Origin: Octopus sinensis
Taxonomy: Eukaryota
NCBI RefSeq assembly: GCF_006345805.1
Contig: NC_043000.1
Span: 112,592,001-112,656,000 of the forward strand
Direction of reading: 5' to 3'
Length of the DNA: 64,000 nucleotides
Positions 38,631-51,730 of this stretch are shown piece by piece. The notes beneath the pieces were generated by a model. The model saw only the letters and a program-made list of their open reading frames with translations. It had not been told where the DNA came from and did not search any database. Position 1 is the stretch's first letter; each line of letters opens with the position of its first letter. A program made the position numbers and the translations under genes.

Positions 38631-38685
38631 TTTAGAAGCAATTCTTTTGGATTTTAGTGCTAAGGGAAGTAACTATATATATATG

Positions 38686-39143
38686 TATAGTAATAATGAT
38701 TATAATCCTTGGATGGAATTTATAAATATTTTAATGCATCACTATGCACGTTTCCATAAATCATATGTTTCTTACGATCATAGCCCGTGTTCTTGGGATG
38801 ATTACAATACAGTCCGTAGCATCCATGGTTTCGGGGAGATCATGCTAATGCATTCATTTCTTCGAGCGAAATGGCATTAACGGATGTATAACTGAGGGTT
38901 GTTTAACAATTTTGACCAACGAAAAGGTTGATTGGGTAGGCATTTCTGTGTGTATTTGGTGGGGATGGAAAGAGAGGAAGGAATGGTAGTGCGTGGTGAT
39001 GTTGGGCTCATTTTGACATTTGAGTATGCAGATGTCCAGGAATACGGACTATAATCATAAGAAACATGTTAGTGGAAACACGCGTAATGATGCATTAAAA
39101 TACTTAGAAATTCCATCAAAGGATTATTATTATTATCACTGTA
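38686..39143. mobile_element. Tc1/mariner-type MITE with ~110-bp TIRs
   Basis: tatagtaataatgattataatccttggatggaattt.. vs reverse complement tacagtgataataataataatcctttgatggaattt..; roughly 80% by eye; TA ends. Confidence 0.8.
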
Positions 39144-39306
39144 TTTATCCTGCATTATATCTGCACAGCTCGGTGTGACCCCAAAAGACTGGTATCGCCA
39201 TCTGGCATCGTTAGTCTGTAGCTGGCGCATAATGGTATAGGAGCTTTTATAGGTATATTCAATACGTAAACGAATTATAGGACATATATATATATATATA
39301 TATATA

Positions 39307-39391
<85 letters not shown>

Positions 39392-39396
39392 TATAT

Positions 39397-39569
39397 ATAC
39401 AAGATAGAAAATGGAGAAATACATCTAATCAATATCAATTACCAGATAATACTCAATCACATGCTTTATTAACCACCACATAAGAGACTGTAGGGTTAAG
39501 TTGTGATTGAGTATTATCTGGTAATTGATATTTGATTTAGATGTATTTCTCCATTTTCTTATCTTGTAT
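39397..39569. repeat. Fold-back inverted repeat, 65/68-bp arms, 40-bp spacer
   Basis: Arms differ only by three single-A indels. Confidence 0.95.
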
Positions 39570-39746
39570 TAGTAATTTGTGGTAAATCATTTTACTTTTG
39601 CCCATATAATACAGTAAATGAATTGATTGCATCGCAATCATTAACATTTATGTATTCACTTTGTTGGGTACTTCACTAGCAGTATATTGGATATACGTTA
39701 TCCCATAGAGGGTTGCATTTACAACCCCTATCTCAATTTGTGTATA

Positions 39747-39777
<31 letters not shown>

Positions 39778-40064
39778 ATATATTATATATATATATATAT
39801 ATAATATATATGTATACATGTGTGTGTGTATAAATATATATACAGCCGAAAGCGTGAGAGATAGAGATTCTAAATATAGAAAGACGTAGATGTGGTTTAT
39901 CGAGGACTAAGTCCACAGGGTAAAGAGAAATCCACGTGAGCTAATATGGAGACAATGATGCAGATAAATAACATTAGGCTTTATATATATATATATATAT
40001 ATATATGATAGATCGCTAGCCACTACACATTCTTTATTTTCTTTCCTTGTTTCTTTCTGTGTTC

Positions 40065-40100
40065 CTTTCTGTGGAAGAGCGTAGGCTCGAAACGTTAAAG
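40065..40100 (+). ncRNA. Minimal hammerhead-like motif, variant core, in a PLE-like terminal repeat (~40000-40190)
   Basis: cttt-CTGTGGAA-GAGC gtag GCTC-GAAAC-GTT-aaag. Confidence 0.6.
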
Positions 40101-40190
40101 ACTTTTTACTTCCCGAGCGTTATACTAAAACATCTGTTTGTTATATACACCACCTGTCTTCGTCTTTTGCTGTTTTTGTGAAGTTCCCCC

Positions 40191-40242
<52 letters not shown>

Positions 40243-40700
40243 CACATACATATATATAAATACACATTTATAGATATGCACATAGAGATATCTATTGATA
40301 CAAATAACTAATTATATTTAGAAGATATACACATGTGCAAGTATATAGATAGTTATATATATAGACAAATAAATTTCCATTTACATAGAGCATAAAAAAT
40401 ATTGAATGCTAAGGAAAGAATGCATTGTGTTTTAACTCGACAGCTGTTTCTGGGAGCTTGGAATGTCGTAATAATCTTAATGTTCATAATTAGCAGATGG
40501 ATGTGCAAAAAATCACAGATATGCAACCAGTAAATTGTCGCAGGGAGACATTTAACAATAAGATGGGCTTTCTTAATCAAACGAAACACGTTTCTTGTAC
40601 ATACATAAATAATACATACATACATACATTCATACATACACACATGCATACATACATACATACATACATACATACATACATACATACATACATACATACA

Positions 40701-40731
<31 letters not shown>

Positions 40732-40937
40732 GTATATAAATAAAGTAAACAGAAAATGGAGAAATATTGATCAAGAACAATTGACATTTTTTAATTCAAT
40801 ACAAATAGACTGCACCCTATCTAACAGGTGTTGCTGCTTCCAATGTTATATGGTATTGCTATGGACATGCTAAAAAATAATATTTATCATATTTGGTAAT
40901 AAAACCTATCTGGAACATGGAGCTTCATCAGCTAACG

Positions 40938-40994
<57 letters not shown>

Positions 40995-41624
40995 CATTGA
41001 TGTGCATACTCATACTCTCTCTCTGTCTCATACATACGCATGCGCTCACAGAATTTTGACAATGTCCACCCTTCCTTTTCGGTCATATTACTGCTATCTC
41101 AAGTTGAAACTAATTTCTGAAATCTCTGATTGTCTTAACTTTGATATTCCAATGTGGAATACTGTCAAAAAAAAAAAAAAAGGAAGACCATAACAATTGC
41201 CCTATTTTTCCTCTCGAAAACCTGTAAACTGTTTGCTCAAGTACATTCAGTTGACATGCTTATGATGGTTTGTCGCAAATAACTTTTATTTTCATATTTG
41301 ACGTAATCGCTTCGTCGTATTAAGAGATTAATCAATCACAAAAACGATTTTACAAAAATTTTACCCTGAAACACTTACTACATAATGGCGGCAGGCAAGA
41401 CAAGGAAATGACAAATGAAGCTGATCATTAATCCGTTTAATGAGCTACAATAAATCAATTTGTAATTAGTAATTAGTAACAATTTGCGTGTCAGACTGGA
41501 AGACACGCGAGGGCTAGCCTTGCAGATAATAAGGGAGTAGGTTGCGATTAGTTTTAGGGTTTGAATTTAAGGTAGAAAAAATTATATGCTTTTTTTAGCT
41601 TTATCCTGAATTGTCAAACAATCA

Positions 41625-42095
41625 TTCTTTTATCTTTTACCTGTTTCAGTCATTAGACTGCGGCCATGCTGGGGCACCGCCTCGGAGAATCTTTAGTCGA
41701 ATAAATCAACCTCAGTAATTATTACTTTTTTAAGCCTAATACTTATTTTATCAGTTTTTTTTTGCTGAGCCGCTAAGTTACGGGTACGTAAGCACAACAG
41801 CATTAGTTGTCAAACGATGAACAGAGACAAACGTACACACACACACGCGCGTGCGCGTGTGTGGTGGGGATGCTCTTTATCTCTCTCTCTCTCTCCATAT
41901 ATATATATATATATATATACAGACACACACACGATGGGCTTCCTTCAGTTTCCAACTACCAAATTCTCCCATAAGTCTTTGGTCGGCCCGAGGTTACAGA
42001 AGAAGACATTTGCCCAAGATGTCACGCAGTGGGACTGAACCCAGAACCTTGTGGTTGGGCAGTAAACTTCTTACCACACAGCCACGCATGCGCCT
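41625..42095 (-). mobile_element. SINE family B, full length
   Basis: Internal CA/CT/TA tract. Confidence 0.9.
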
Positions 42096-42719
42096 TATTC
42101 ATGATAATAAAGTTAGTATTTTATTATCATACTTCTGTTTCAATTAATTATGAAAATAACGAAGTTTGTAAAATAATTTTGCCATTATTAGGCTGGTGTG
42201 TGTAACATGAAACATTGATGGAGGAATATGATTAAGATTTCTTTAAAGCAGTAAAGTTTATATCGTTGAATCAGAGGCGGTGGGAATACGGATTAGAGAA
42301 TTATTTTATCATTAAAAATCATCAACGTAAGCGAAACGAATCTTAGACGGTCAAGAAAACACGATATGAAATGAAAATTAATCATAAAAGTTTTTAATGA
42401 AACCGAACCGAAGAACGGAAGGAAGCCATACCTGTTTTTATCTTTTTTTTTTAAAAATTGCTACTAATGGAAGGCTTATCATTTTAAAATAGCCACAAAG
42501 GTATTTTTATAGTCCCGACCGGCACCTGTATGTCTGATACACGTTTTATACGCCTCTAAAACTGATTTATTTGTTTATTGCTAATAATGATGATGGCGAT
42601 AAAGAAAAATGAAAAATTCGGAGCGTCTAAGTGCCACTCATGATAGTTTAAATATCTGCACCTGCCCGATACTTACTCTTAATAATGCACCTAAAACCTT
42701 ATAATCGAATGCGCGTTTA

Positions 42720-42910
42720 TGCTTAGCGGTATTTCGTCTGTAGTTACGTTCTGAGTTCAAATTCCGCCGAGGTCGGCTTTGCCTTTCATCCTTTCGGGGT
42801 CGATAAATAAAGTACTAGTTTCGCACTGGGGTCGATGTAATCGACTTAATCCTTTTGTCTGTCCTTGTTTGTCCCCTCTATGTTTAGCCCCTTGTGGGCA
42901 ATAAAGAAAT
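42720..42910 (+). mobile_element. SINE family A, 5'-truncated
   Basis: gcttagcggtatttcgtc..ccccttgtgggcaataaagaaata. Confidence 0.95.
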
Positions 42911-43107
42911 ATATATATATTTTTAAGTAAGTGCAGTATGGTTTGAGGGAAGGTTGGTTGTTTTATCCAGCAGACTGATCGCCCACGTAGCTGCCCCACC
43001 CCGTCTTATTACCGCAAGAAAATGTAGTTTGTATGGTATTCCTAGATTTGGTTCCTCAGACGACTTCTTTTGTTGGATATTCGCGTGTAGGTACTTCAAT
43101 GTATTGA

Positions 43108-43279
43108 AGCCGCGTGAGAGTGTGGTAAGAAGATTGTTTCCCAGCCACATGGTTCCGAGTTCAGTCCCACTGTGCGGCAACTTGGGCAGGTGTGTTCTAT
43201 TATAGTCGTGGGTTGACTAAAGCCATGAGAGTGGATTTGGTAGACGGAAACTGAAAGAATCTCGTCGTATGTATGTATA

Positions 43280-43330
<51 letters not shown>
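43108..43330 (+). mobile_element. SINE family B, 5' half
   Basis: Head, core, (TG)n. Confidence 0.9.
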
Positions 43331-43334
<4 letters not shown>

Positions 43335-43349
43335 TTCTTTATGTCTGAT

Positions 43350-43423
43350 GAACCGCTAAGTTATGGAGATATAAACAAACAAGCGGTGGTGGTGGGGACA
43401 TATGAAAACACAAAGACACAGAG

Positions 43424-43471
<48 letters not shown>

Positions 43472-43632
43472 GTGCTCGACAAGCTTCCATTCAGTTTCCG
43501 TCTACTAAATCCACTCACAAGGCATTAGTCGGTCCGAGGCTATAGTAGAAGACACTTGCCCAAGGTGCCATGCAGTGGGACTGAACCCAGAATCACTTGG
43601 TTGGGAAGCTAGCTTCTTACCATACAGCCTTA
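43350..43632 (-). mobile_element. SINE family B, lacking distal tail
   Basis: Inverted relative to 43108-43330. Confidence 0.9.
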
Positions 43633-43799
43633 TCTGCGCCTTATGTCCATCTATCTTCCTGCCTTTAGGCTTTCACTTCATACACGCCAGCGCAATTTGA
43701 TTCGTTCTCAGTCGAAAAACGCCTGTTGTTATTTCTTGTTTGTATTCGTAATTGTGTACCACGTTCTCCGTTTGTTTGTATGTCTTTTTTGTCTTTGTT

Positions 43800-43890
43800 G
43801 CCAAGACACTTGCCCAAGGTGCCATGCAGTTGGGACCGAACTCGAAGTCATGCAGTTACATATCAAGCTTTTTACCGCACAGCCATGCCT
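43800..43890 (-). mobile_element. SINE family B head fragment
   Basis: aagacacttgcccaaggtgccatgcag. Confidence 0.8.
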
Positions 43891-45004
43891 ATGTCTGAAA
43901 GAATTTTTTCTAAAATATGGCAATTTCACGCGTTTATATTTATTTTCTGTAGCTCCGGTGTAAAATAACAGACGAACAGTTTCCTGTTAGAAACATCTCC
44001 ATGGATGCTGTTGTTTATTTATAACGGTTGCAATGTTAAGTAAATGAGAGTTGAATCTTCCCCAGGAGGAGTAATACCACTCTATTACAGATAGCTTTAC
44101 TCTCAATGGAGTAATTTTTAATTTAGCTCTGCAAAGTAACGAATCGTTTGAATCGATGAGGGAACCGGTACGTGGTCTCTGCAAGATATACCAGTTAAAT
44201 CTCTTTAAAATATGGATGAAACATTTTAGCATAACCAACTGTTTTGGTGCTGCTTATCTGGCGTCACTTATTTGGGCACCGCCGATTCGATGCTGACTTA
44301 TTTGCCATGAAACGTTTTAATCGTTCTCTCTCTCTCTCTCTTTCTGTTTCTCTCCCTTTCTCTATCTGTCTCTCTCCCCATCTCCCTCTTTCTCTATCCC
44401 TCTCTGTCTCCTTTTTATGTCTGAGAACATATTTCTCTTTATGCGTCTGAGGAGAGAGTAAGTGTGTGTCACTCCTTGTCAATAAATACATTGTAATGTT
44501 TCTCTTTCTCTCTCAGTATCTGTATGTGTGTGTGAATGACTTTGTGTGTGTGTGTGTGTGTGTGTTTGCCACTGTCGCTGAATCGTATTGTCGCCAAAAC
44601 ATGCCGAATGTCCAGTCGGCCGTGCCAAATAATCGGCGTCCAAACAGCCACGCCCGATCGTCTCATCACGATGTTATATACTCCTTACAGTCTTTCGAAA
44701 CGGAGACATTGGATAATATTGTCTATCGAACCCTATTCGAGAATAGAGGATGGAATTTTCAAAGCTGGAATAACTATCGATTATGGCGGACATCAAGCTA
44801 CAAGGCAGTAACTACAACAACAATAAGAACAATGAATCAGTCATCAGTATCGTTATGCTCCCGCTGCTTAATCGCCTGGGCTAAACCTGACTGTAGTGTC
44901 TGATATAGTTAAAGTTTGGTTGTGTGTCAGGAGAATGGGTGGAGCATGATAAGAGGGCCTTATCATGTTGGATATTTGCATGTAGGTACCTCAATGTATT
45001 GAAG

Positions 45005-45165
45005 CAACGTGAGTGTGTGGTAAGAAGATTGTTTCCCAACGACATAGTTTCGAGTTCAGTCCTACTGTGCGCAACTTGGGCAAGTGTGTTCTACTAAAGT
45101 CGTGGGCCGACAAAAGCCATAAGAGTGGATTTGGTAGACGGAAACTGAAAGAAGCCCGTCGTATG
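45005..45165 (+). mobile_element. SINE family B, 5' half
   Basis: Shares its 5' flank with the copy at 43108. Confidence 0.9.
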
Positions 45166-45617
45166 TATTACTACAGAGGGGATACTTCGCTACCCCAGTA
45201 GGACAAGGAAGCGGAGGGAGGTGTGTGAGAGGACAAAGAGAGAGAATGAGAGAGAGAGAGAGCAAGAGAGAGAGAGAGCGAGAAAGAGAGCGAGAGAGAG
45301 AGAGAGAAAGAGAGAGAGCGAGAGAGCTGGTGTTCGGTCCTTGTTAAACCATGATCCAGTAGACACACCGTCAAAGATACTTCCATTCGTGATCAAAGAG
45401 TATCTTGGACCACAAAGAGTGGGAGTTATGGAACATTAGGCTTCTATTTCTAGCAGCGCGACCTACCGCATTTAGCTTCGTTGTTATTGAAAGCAGTCTT
45501 TGGCGGAAGAATTTCAAGAAATACCAGTTAAGGTGCCAAAGAGGTGGAAGGTGTCCGCCCCACCCCTCATTTGTTTGTTTTCTTAGCATTTGAACATGAC
45601 AAAATCGCTCAATAACG

Positions 45618-45740
45618 TATCAGTTACCTGAACAGGTGAAGTTATCAGCTACCTGTGTTGGCAAAGTTATCACCTATCTGTACAGGTGAAGTCGTCAGCT
45701 ACTTGCACAGGTGAACTTTAAACAGAGGTGAACTATCTGC
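45618..45740. repeat. Decayed ~25-bp tandem repeat with CAGGTG
   Basis: gttatcagctacctgn..caggtgaa recurs about five times. Confidence 0.6.
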
Positions 45741-45848
45741 AACATGTGACCGATTTACAAAAGAATGTATTACCTCACAAAGACACATGTAACGTACATA
45801 CATACATATATGCAGACATACATATATGCATATGTACATATATACACA

Positions 45849-46140
45849 TGAAGGCGCATAGCTCAGTGGTTAGAGCGTCGGGTTCACAACCACCAGATGG
45901 TGAGTTCGATTCCCGGACCGTGCTGTATGTTGTGTTCTTGAGCAAGACACTTTATTTCATGTTGCTCCAGTTCACTTAGATGTAGAAATGAGTTGTGACG
46001 TCACTGGTGCCAAACTGTATCGGCCCCTTTGCGTTTCCCTTGGATAACATCAGTGGCGTGGAGAGGAGGAGGCTGGTATGCATAGGAAACTGTATGTCTT
46101 CCGTAAAACTACTTTGCCCGGACTTGTAACTCAGAGGGGA
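45849..46140 (+). mobile_element. SINE family C (gacgtcactggtgcc tail type)
   Basis: A and B boxes, core, tail shared with 29224 and 62193 copies. Confidence 0.9.
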
Positions 46141-46163
46141 ACCGTATGGTAGTGAAGCAAACT

Positions 46164-46403
46164 TCTTATTTCTTTATTGGCCACAGGGGGTGGGGGATAA
46201 ACAGAGAGGGGACAAATAAGGACAGATAAACGGATTAAGTCGATTACATCGACCCCAGTGCGAAACTGGTACTTAAGTTATCTACCCTGAAAGGATGAAA
46301 GGCAAAATCGACCTCGGCGGAATTTGAACTCAGAATGTAACGACGGACGAAATACCGCTAAGCATTTTGCCGGGCGTGCTAACGTTTCTGCCGACTCGCC
46401 GCC
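46164..46403 (-). mobile_element. SINE family A monomer
   Basis: Type-1 tail, core, head. Confidence 0.95.
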
Positions 46404-46479
46404 TTACTTCTTACCACACAACCATTTCTCAATTCCATTTTCTTCGTTATTAAAGGAATATAACCTTTTGTGATTGGTT

Positions 46480-47330
46480 GTTTTTTTCACCAAATATACG
46501 GAATCCATATCAGAGAGTAGCAGTGAGAATATTTGTCAGTCTTCGAAGTTTATAGGCTCCAAAGTCCAAAGAGCAACCAAAAACTTGATTTATTATTCCA
46601 CGGTCACTCGTTACGACCTCATTACGACCAGGAAGTTCGATCTTATCAGAATCCATTTGCTACACCCTCTCACGCTTCACCAGCACGACACAGAAAGTTA
46701 GCCGAGTCACAACCATGGCGAATCTATTGTTAAGTTCATGTAAGCTTTCAGTTGCGTCATTCTCTTTCAAAAGACAGAACCAGTATTTTGTCCATAATAG
46801 AAGCTCTGACGGCTTTTCACAATGCCGGGAGGATTTGCTGCAAATCAGGATGAAACTCCAAGGCCTTGCCACCAAAAGATCGATCATATTGCAAGAGATC
46901 ACGAAAGATGCCATCGTCACATACGTCGACATTTGTTTTGTCTCACCCGAGACTCGAATTCTTCTCACGAGTTTCTCTTTTATATCATTGCTGCTAAAAG
47001 GATCCCTAGAAAATGGAAATTGGAAAATGGAAGGCTGAATTAGATGGAGAACTAGTTTTGTAGAAAAAACAATGCTGCCAATTCTGAGACTTGGAAACAG
47101 CTTGCCAGTACAAGTTAAGGTCAGTCGAAAACTCTGGATACCGGACCGGACGCCACTAGGTTTCATGGGTCACTAGGAGAGAATGCCTACCGTTTTGGGG
47201 CTTTTCTCTCGACGGCTTTACAGTACACCATCCTCCCCTTCAATGATGTGAGGCCCCACCCAATGGTTCGAATGACTAGTATTCGATCTTAAGTCCTTCA
47301 TCTAGTGTTTATCAGAACCTTTCAACTTAT
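46480..47330 (+). pseudogene. Possible very old LINE (CR1/L2-like) remnant
   Basis: Isolated motifs KVQRATK (~46560) and VRPH (~47250), out of canonical order; no long ORF. Confidence 0.25.
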
Positions 47331-48357
47331 AGGTCATGAAAATGTAGCAGATTGATTCAGACATGATTCCACTCAGTCAAGAAGTGTTCAATTAAATTTG
47401 TCTTTCCAGATCCACCAAGATCTCGGTGGTAGTAGCAAATCATCAAAACAGAAAATATCTGTCCTTCAATGACATACATTAAGGTACCAGAAGTATGTCG
47501 TTGCTCTCAGTTTAATGGTTCTTTTGTTTAATTTATTTCTTTGTTAATTGTGGCTGATAATATTTTAAATGAATTGAAACCAAATCGACCCAATTGAAAC
47601 CAAATTGAAACCAAATCGACCCAAGAAGGAAATGATAAAAGTACGTTGCGGGGTGGTGGTCTCGTATGGAGCTTTGTATAGTAGTAATTACATGCTCCGT
47701 TAATTATTTAGCGCCGCCTCCATCACCACCACCGCCACCACCACCACCACCACCACCTGCACCATCATTAATATTCTGTAATCGATGATCTGCCATAAAT
47801 GGTTTAATTTCAAAGAATCCTAATTCATCTGAGATCCCCCCCCCGCCCCCCAAAAAACAGCCATATTGAAAACCGATCAGATCTTGGAACTTTAGTTGCA
47901 GGACAGGACAGACGCCAAAGTTGGAGAGGAAAAAGAAAGAAAACCCAGCCACTCTATTCTTAGTGTTCTATTCTGGAATTTACGTGTCCTATATATATAT
48001 ATATATGTTGTAAAGTCTAATAACACAGATGATATCTTGAGGTTTGACAAAATATTTTCATTCCAGTTAAACAACCTACGGACTCTATTTGTGCGAGATA
48101 ACGCACCAATTACTTTCATATGCGATCAGGCCCTCGATGATCCGCTGTTGCTATTCATGTGTATGTGTGTGTGTGTGTCTGTGTCTGTTTTAATCTAGGA
48201 ACAATTAAAATATTTGTCGCTTTATTTCTAAGAGACTTACTCCGCCCCCCGCCCCCTCCGACTTCACGCATATTTCATTCAGAAATTACGCACAAAAGGA
48301 AATTAATATGTCACCGTCAAAGCTTCACAGACTCGAACGCACTTTGTTATTTTAGTA

Positions 48358-48394
<37 letters not shown>

Positions 48395-48914
48395 TTTGTA
48401 TGTACACACACACACACACATTATATATATATACATATATATGTATGTATATATATATGTATATATATATATATATAATATATATATATATAGTGATCTA
48501 ATTCAAGGCACTGCATACATATGTCAGTATGTGAGTGTATATATGGTGCATCCCTATTTATAGTCTCATCATTCTCAATATCACTGTCTGTCTGCCTGTC
48601 TCTGTCTGTCTCTCTCTTTCTCGCTCTTTCTCTTCCTCTCTCCTCCCCAGTCTCAATCTCCTCTTCTCTCCCTCCCCACCTTCCTTCTCAAAATCGCACA
48701 TTACACATCATTCTTCAACCAAACCTCAGGGTTAGCCTTTATATTGAAGCCCTGCCCGCTGAAAATAGCAGCCAAATCTTAAATAAAGGATCTAAATTTT
48801 GGATGATGAAGTCTGTTTTGTGTGTGTGTGTGTGTGTATGTGTGTGTGTGTGTGTTTGTGTGTGTGAAGAATACAAGTTGAATGGGTTATACATGGTGAC
48901 GCTTCATATCGTTA

Positions 48915-49095
48915 ATCGCTTTTCTTTTACTTGTTTCAGTCGTTCGGCTGCGCCCCTGCTGGGGCAACTCTTTCAAGGGTTTCAATTTAACATCATCGAC
49001 CGCTGTACTTACTTTCTTTATGAGCCTAATTCTTATTCTATCGGTCGTTTTTCCGGAACAAACCAAAACCGTTTATCAAACAATGGTGGGAAACA

Positions 49096-49163
<68 letters not shown>

Positions 49164-49330
49164 ATATATATATATATGTACACGAAGGGCTCCGACGCAG
49201 TTTCCGTTTACCTAATCCACTCATGATATTTTTGATCGTCTCAGGGCTTTATTAGAAGATACTTGCCCAAAGTGTCACGCAGTGGAACTGAACTCAAGAC
49301 CGCATGGTTGGGAAACAAGCTTCTTAATCA
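48915..49330 (-). mobile_element. SINE family B, full length, decayed
   Basis: Tail, (CA)n, core, head. Confidence 0.85.
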
Positions 49331-50627
49331 AACAACCTTATAAGAATTTTTTGACCAATTTCTATTTTGGCCGATTGAAATTTCAAGAGTTATTCCCCTT
49401 TGTCCTCTGTGAGAATAATTTTCACTAGCACTAATGACCTTTCTTCACAATTCGCTTTGAGAAATCCTTCGGTATTGGTACACAACAGCATCCACCCACA
49501 CAACAATCCCTCATAACATAGATAAAGTGGCTACACTCAAAATGGGTGTAAATGATGTCTCCTCACACCGACACGCTGCAGACCAAAATCGAAGTATCGC
49601 TCCTCTCTTCCATTCTGATAATCTGCACTTAGCAATATATTCTAGATGCAGATGGCGACACTGAGATATTTTCCTGTGTCATTATAGAGATAGATAAGAC
49701 AGGAAGATAATGAGACAATAGGAAGGATACATTAACACCGGAAGGATATCCCGTCTGCTGGGACTTGGTGGCAGGGAAGGGCGGGAGAGCCACGGCTGGA
49801 TGTGGTTTAACAGATGTTAATTAGAGAATAAAGGCTTGTCACGGCAGATGACTTTATAATGAGGTACGGTTGACCTTCTACTTACACAATTAGGGGCCAC
49901 GGAAAGTCAAGGGGGAGATAGGGTTTGGGGTGGTGATTGTGGGGTGTAACTATTTTGTGTGTGTGTGTGTGCGTGCGTAGTTCCGAATTTGCATGATGGT
50001 ATAATACGTAAAGCGCGCGCGCGCGTATATTTATATGTGAGTGTGAGAGAGGGTGTAAGTTAATATGGAGATCTGAGTGCGTGTATGTGTCTGTATGAGT
50101 GTGTGTGTGTGTGTGTATTTGATTGTTCTGTGTGTGTGTGTCTATGTGTCTGCCTGAGTTGTGTATGTGACAGAAAGAGAGAGAAGAATAAAGAGGTAAG
50201 GAGAGAGGGAGTGAGAGGGAGAGAGAGCGAGAAGGAGAGAGAGAGAAAGAGAGAGAGAAATTATGAAGAATATTCTACATTAGCAAAAATACTCGAAATT
50301 AAGGTCACGCCCAAGAGGAAACCTTTACATGGTCGTTCCAAATGCTAGAAATATCAGTCAAATGTACCTAATACCTATCATCTGTTGGACTATGTGTTCC
50401 TAAGCTAAAGTATGGGATGGATGAGGCTGGAATGCCTTTGATCATAAGGCCGGTGGGGTGGTGGTGGGGAGGTGGAGGGATGTAAAACAATGACAACAAT
50501 AACAAAAACGACGACGACGACGACATAATTAAGGTTGAATTACTGCACCTGTAAATGAAGACAAGCACACACACACACATACACACACATATACACACAC
50601 ACATACACACATACATACACACACATA

Positions 50628-51031
50628 CCTGTTTCTTTACTACCCACAAGGGGCTAAACACAGAGAGGACAAACAAGGACAAACAAAGGGATTAAGTCGA
50701 TTATATCGACCCCAGTGCGTAACTGGTACATATTTAATCGACTCCTGAAAGGGTGAAAGGCAAAGTCGACTTTGTCGGAATTTGAACTCAGAACGTAGCT
50801 GCAGACGAAATACCTATTTCTTTACTACCCACAAGGGGGACAAACAAGGATAGACAGACTGATTAAGTCGATTACATCGACCCCAGTGCGTAACTAGTAC
50901 TTATTTAATCGACCTCGAAAGGATGAAAGGCAAAGTCGACCTCGGCGGAATTTGAACTCAGAACGTAAAGACAGACGAAATACCGCTAAGCATTTCGCCC
51001 GGCGCGCTAACGTTTCTGCCAGCTCGCCGCC
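50628..51031 (-). mobile_element. SINE family A dimer
   Basis: Junction cagacgaaatacc|tatttctttac at ~50814. Confidence 0.95.
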
Positions 51032-51384
51032 GTCAGTACACATACACATACACGTGCACATACACATACACACACATATGGAGGCTTATCATTTCGGTTT
51101 GGCCAAGATGCATGACAAGACCAGTCTGAAGGGTCTGTCTCTGTTATCCCGTCCACTAAGCAAATGTGTCCCATTTGTCCCTAAAATGTCCCGGGATGTT
51201 CCGGTTACGGACCAAAGACTTGAACCCCCAGAAACGACTAAAAACATAGAAATCGGCCAGGAGTCGTTATCCAGTCATGCACAACACAGAAACAAATAAA
51301 CTTACACCCGTCACAGCTGAGTGGAGCCAAGTTCTGCGTGTCTTTACCAGAGGTTCACCTGGAATGTCTTATGTAATAACTGAC

Positions 51385-51702
51385 ACTCCGTCAGTCACGA
51401 CGACGAGTGTTCAAGTTGATCCGATTAACCGAATCTCCAGTTCCTGAAATTAACGTGGAAGCGGTTGAGTATTCCACAGACACGCGTAGCCTTTACGTAG
51501 TTCTCAGGGAGATTCAGCGTGACACAGAGTGTGACAAAGCTGGCCCTTTTTGAAATACAGGTACAACTCATTTTTGCCAGCTGAGTGGACTGGAGCAACG
51601 TGAAATAGAGTGTCTTGCTCAAGGAGACACGCACACCGCCGATAATCGAACTCACGACCTTAGGATTGTGAGCCGAATACCCAAACCACTTAGCTACGCA
51701 CA
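51385..51702 (-). mobile_element. SINE family C with Ceph-type tail
   Basis: Reverse complement of the 7037-7342 type. Confidence 0.9.
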
Positions 51703-51730
51703 GTCACCAGAATGTCTTTTTTAACTATCG

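Noticed and set aside
44225-44670. MITE with GC-rich ends (related stretch at 55870-55950)
   Set aside because: Inverted similarity is too loose to fix ends or a TSD.
46715-47038. 107-aa ORF as a host exon or a Gypsy gag
   Set aside because: Only vague similarity, stops in adjoining sequence, and no LTRs or splice support.
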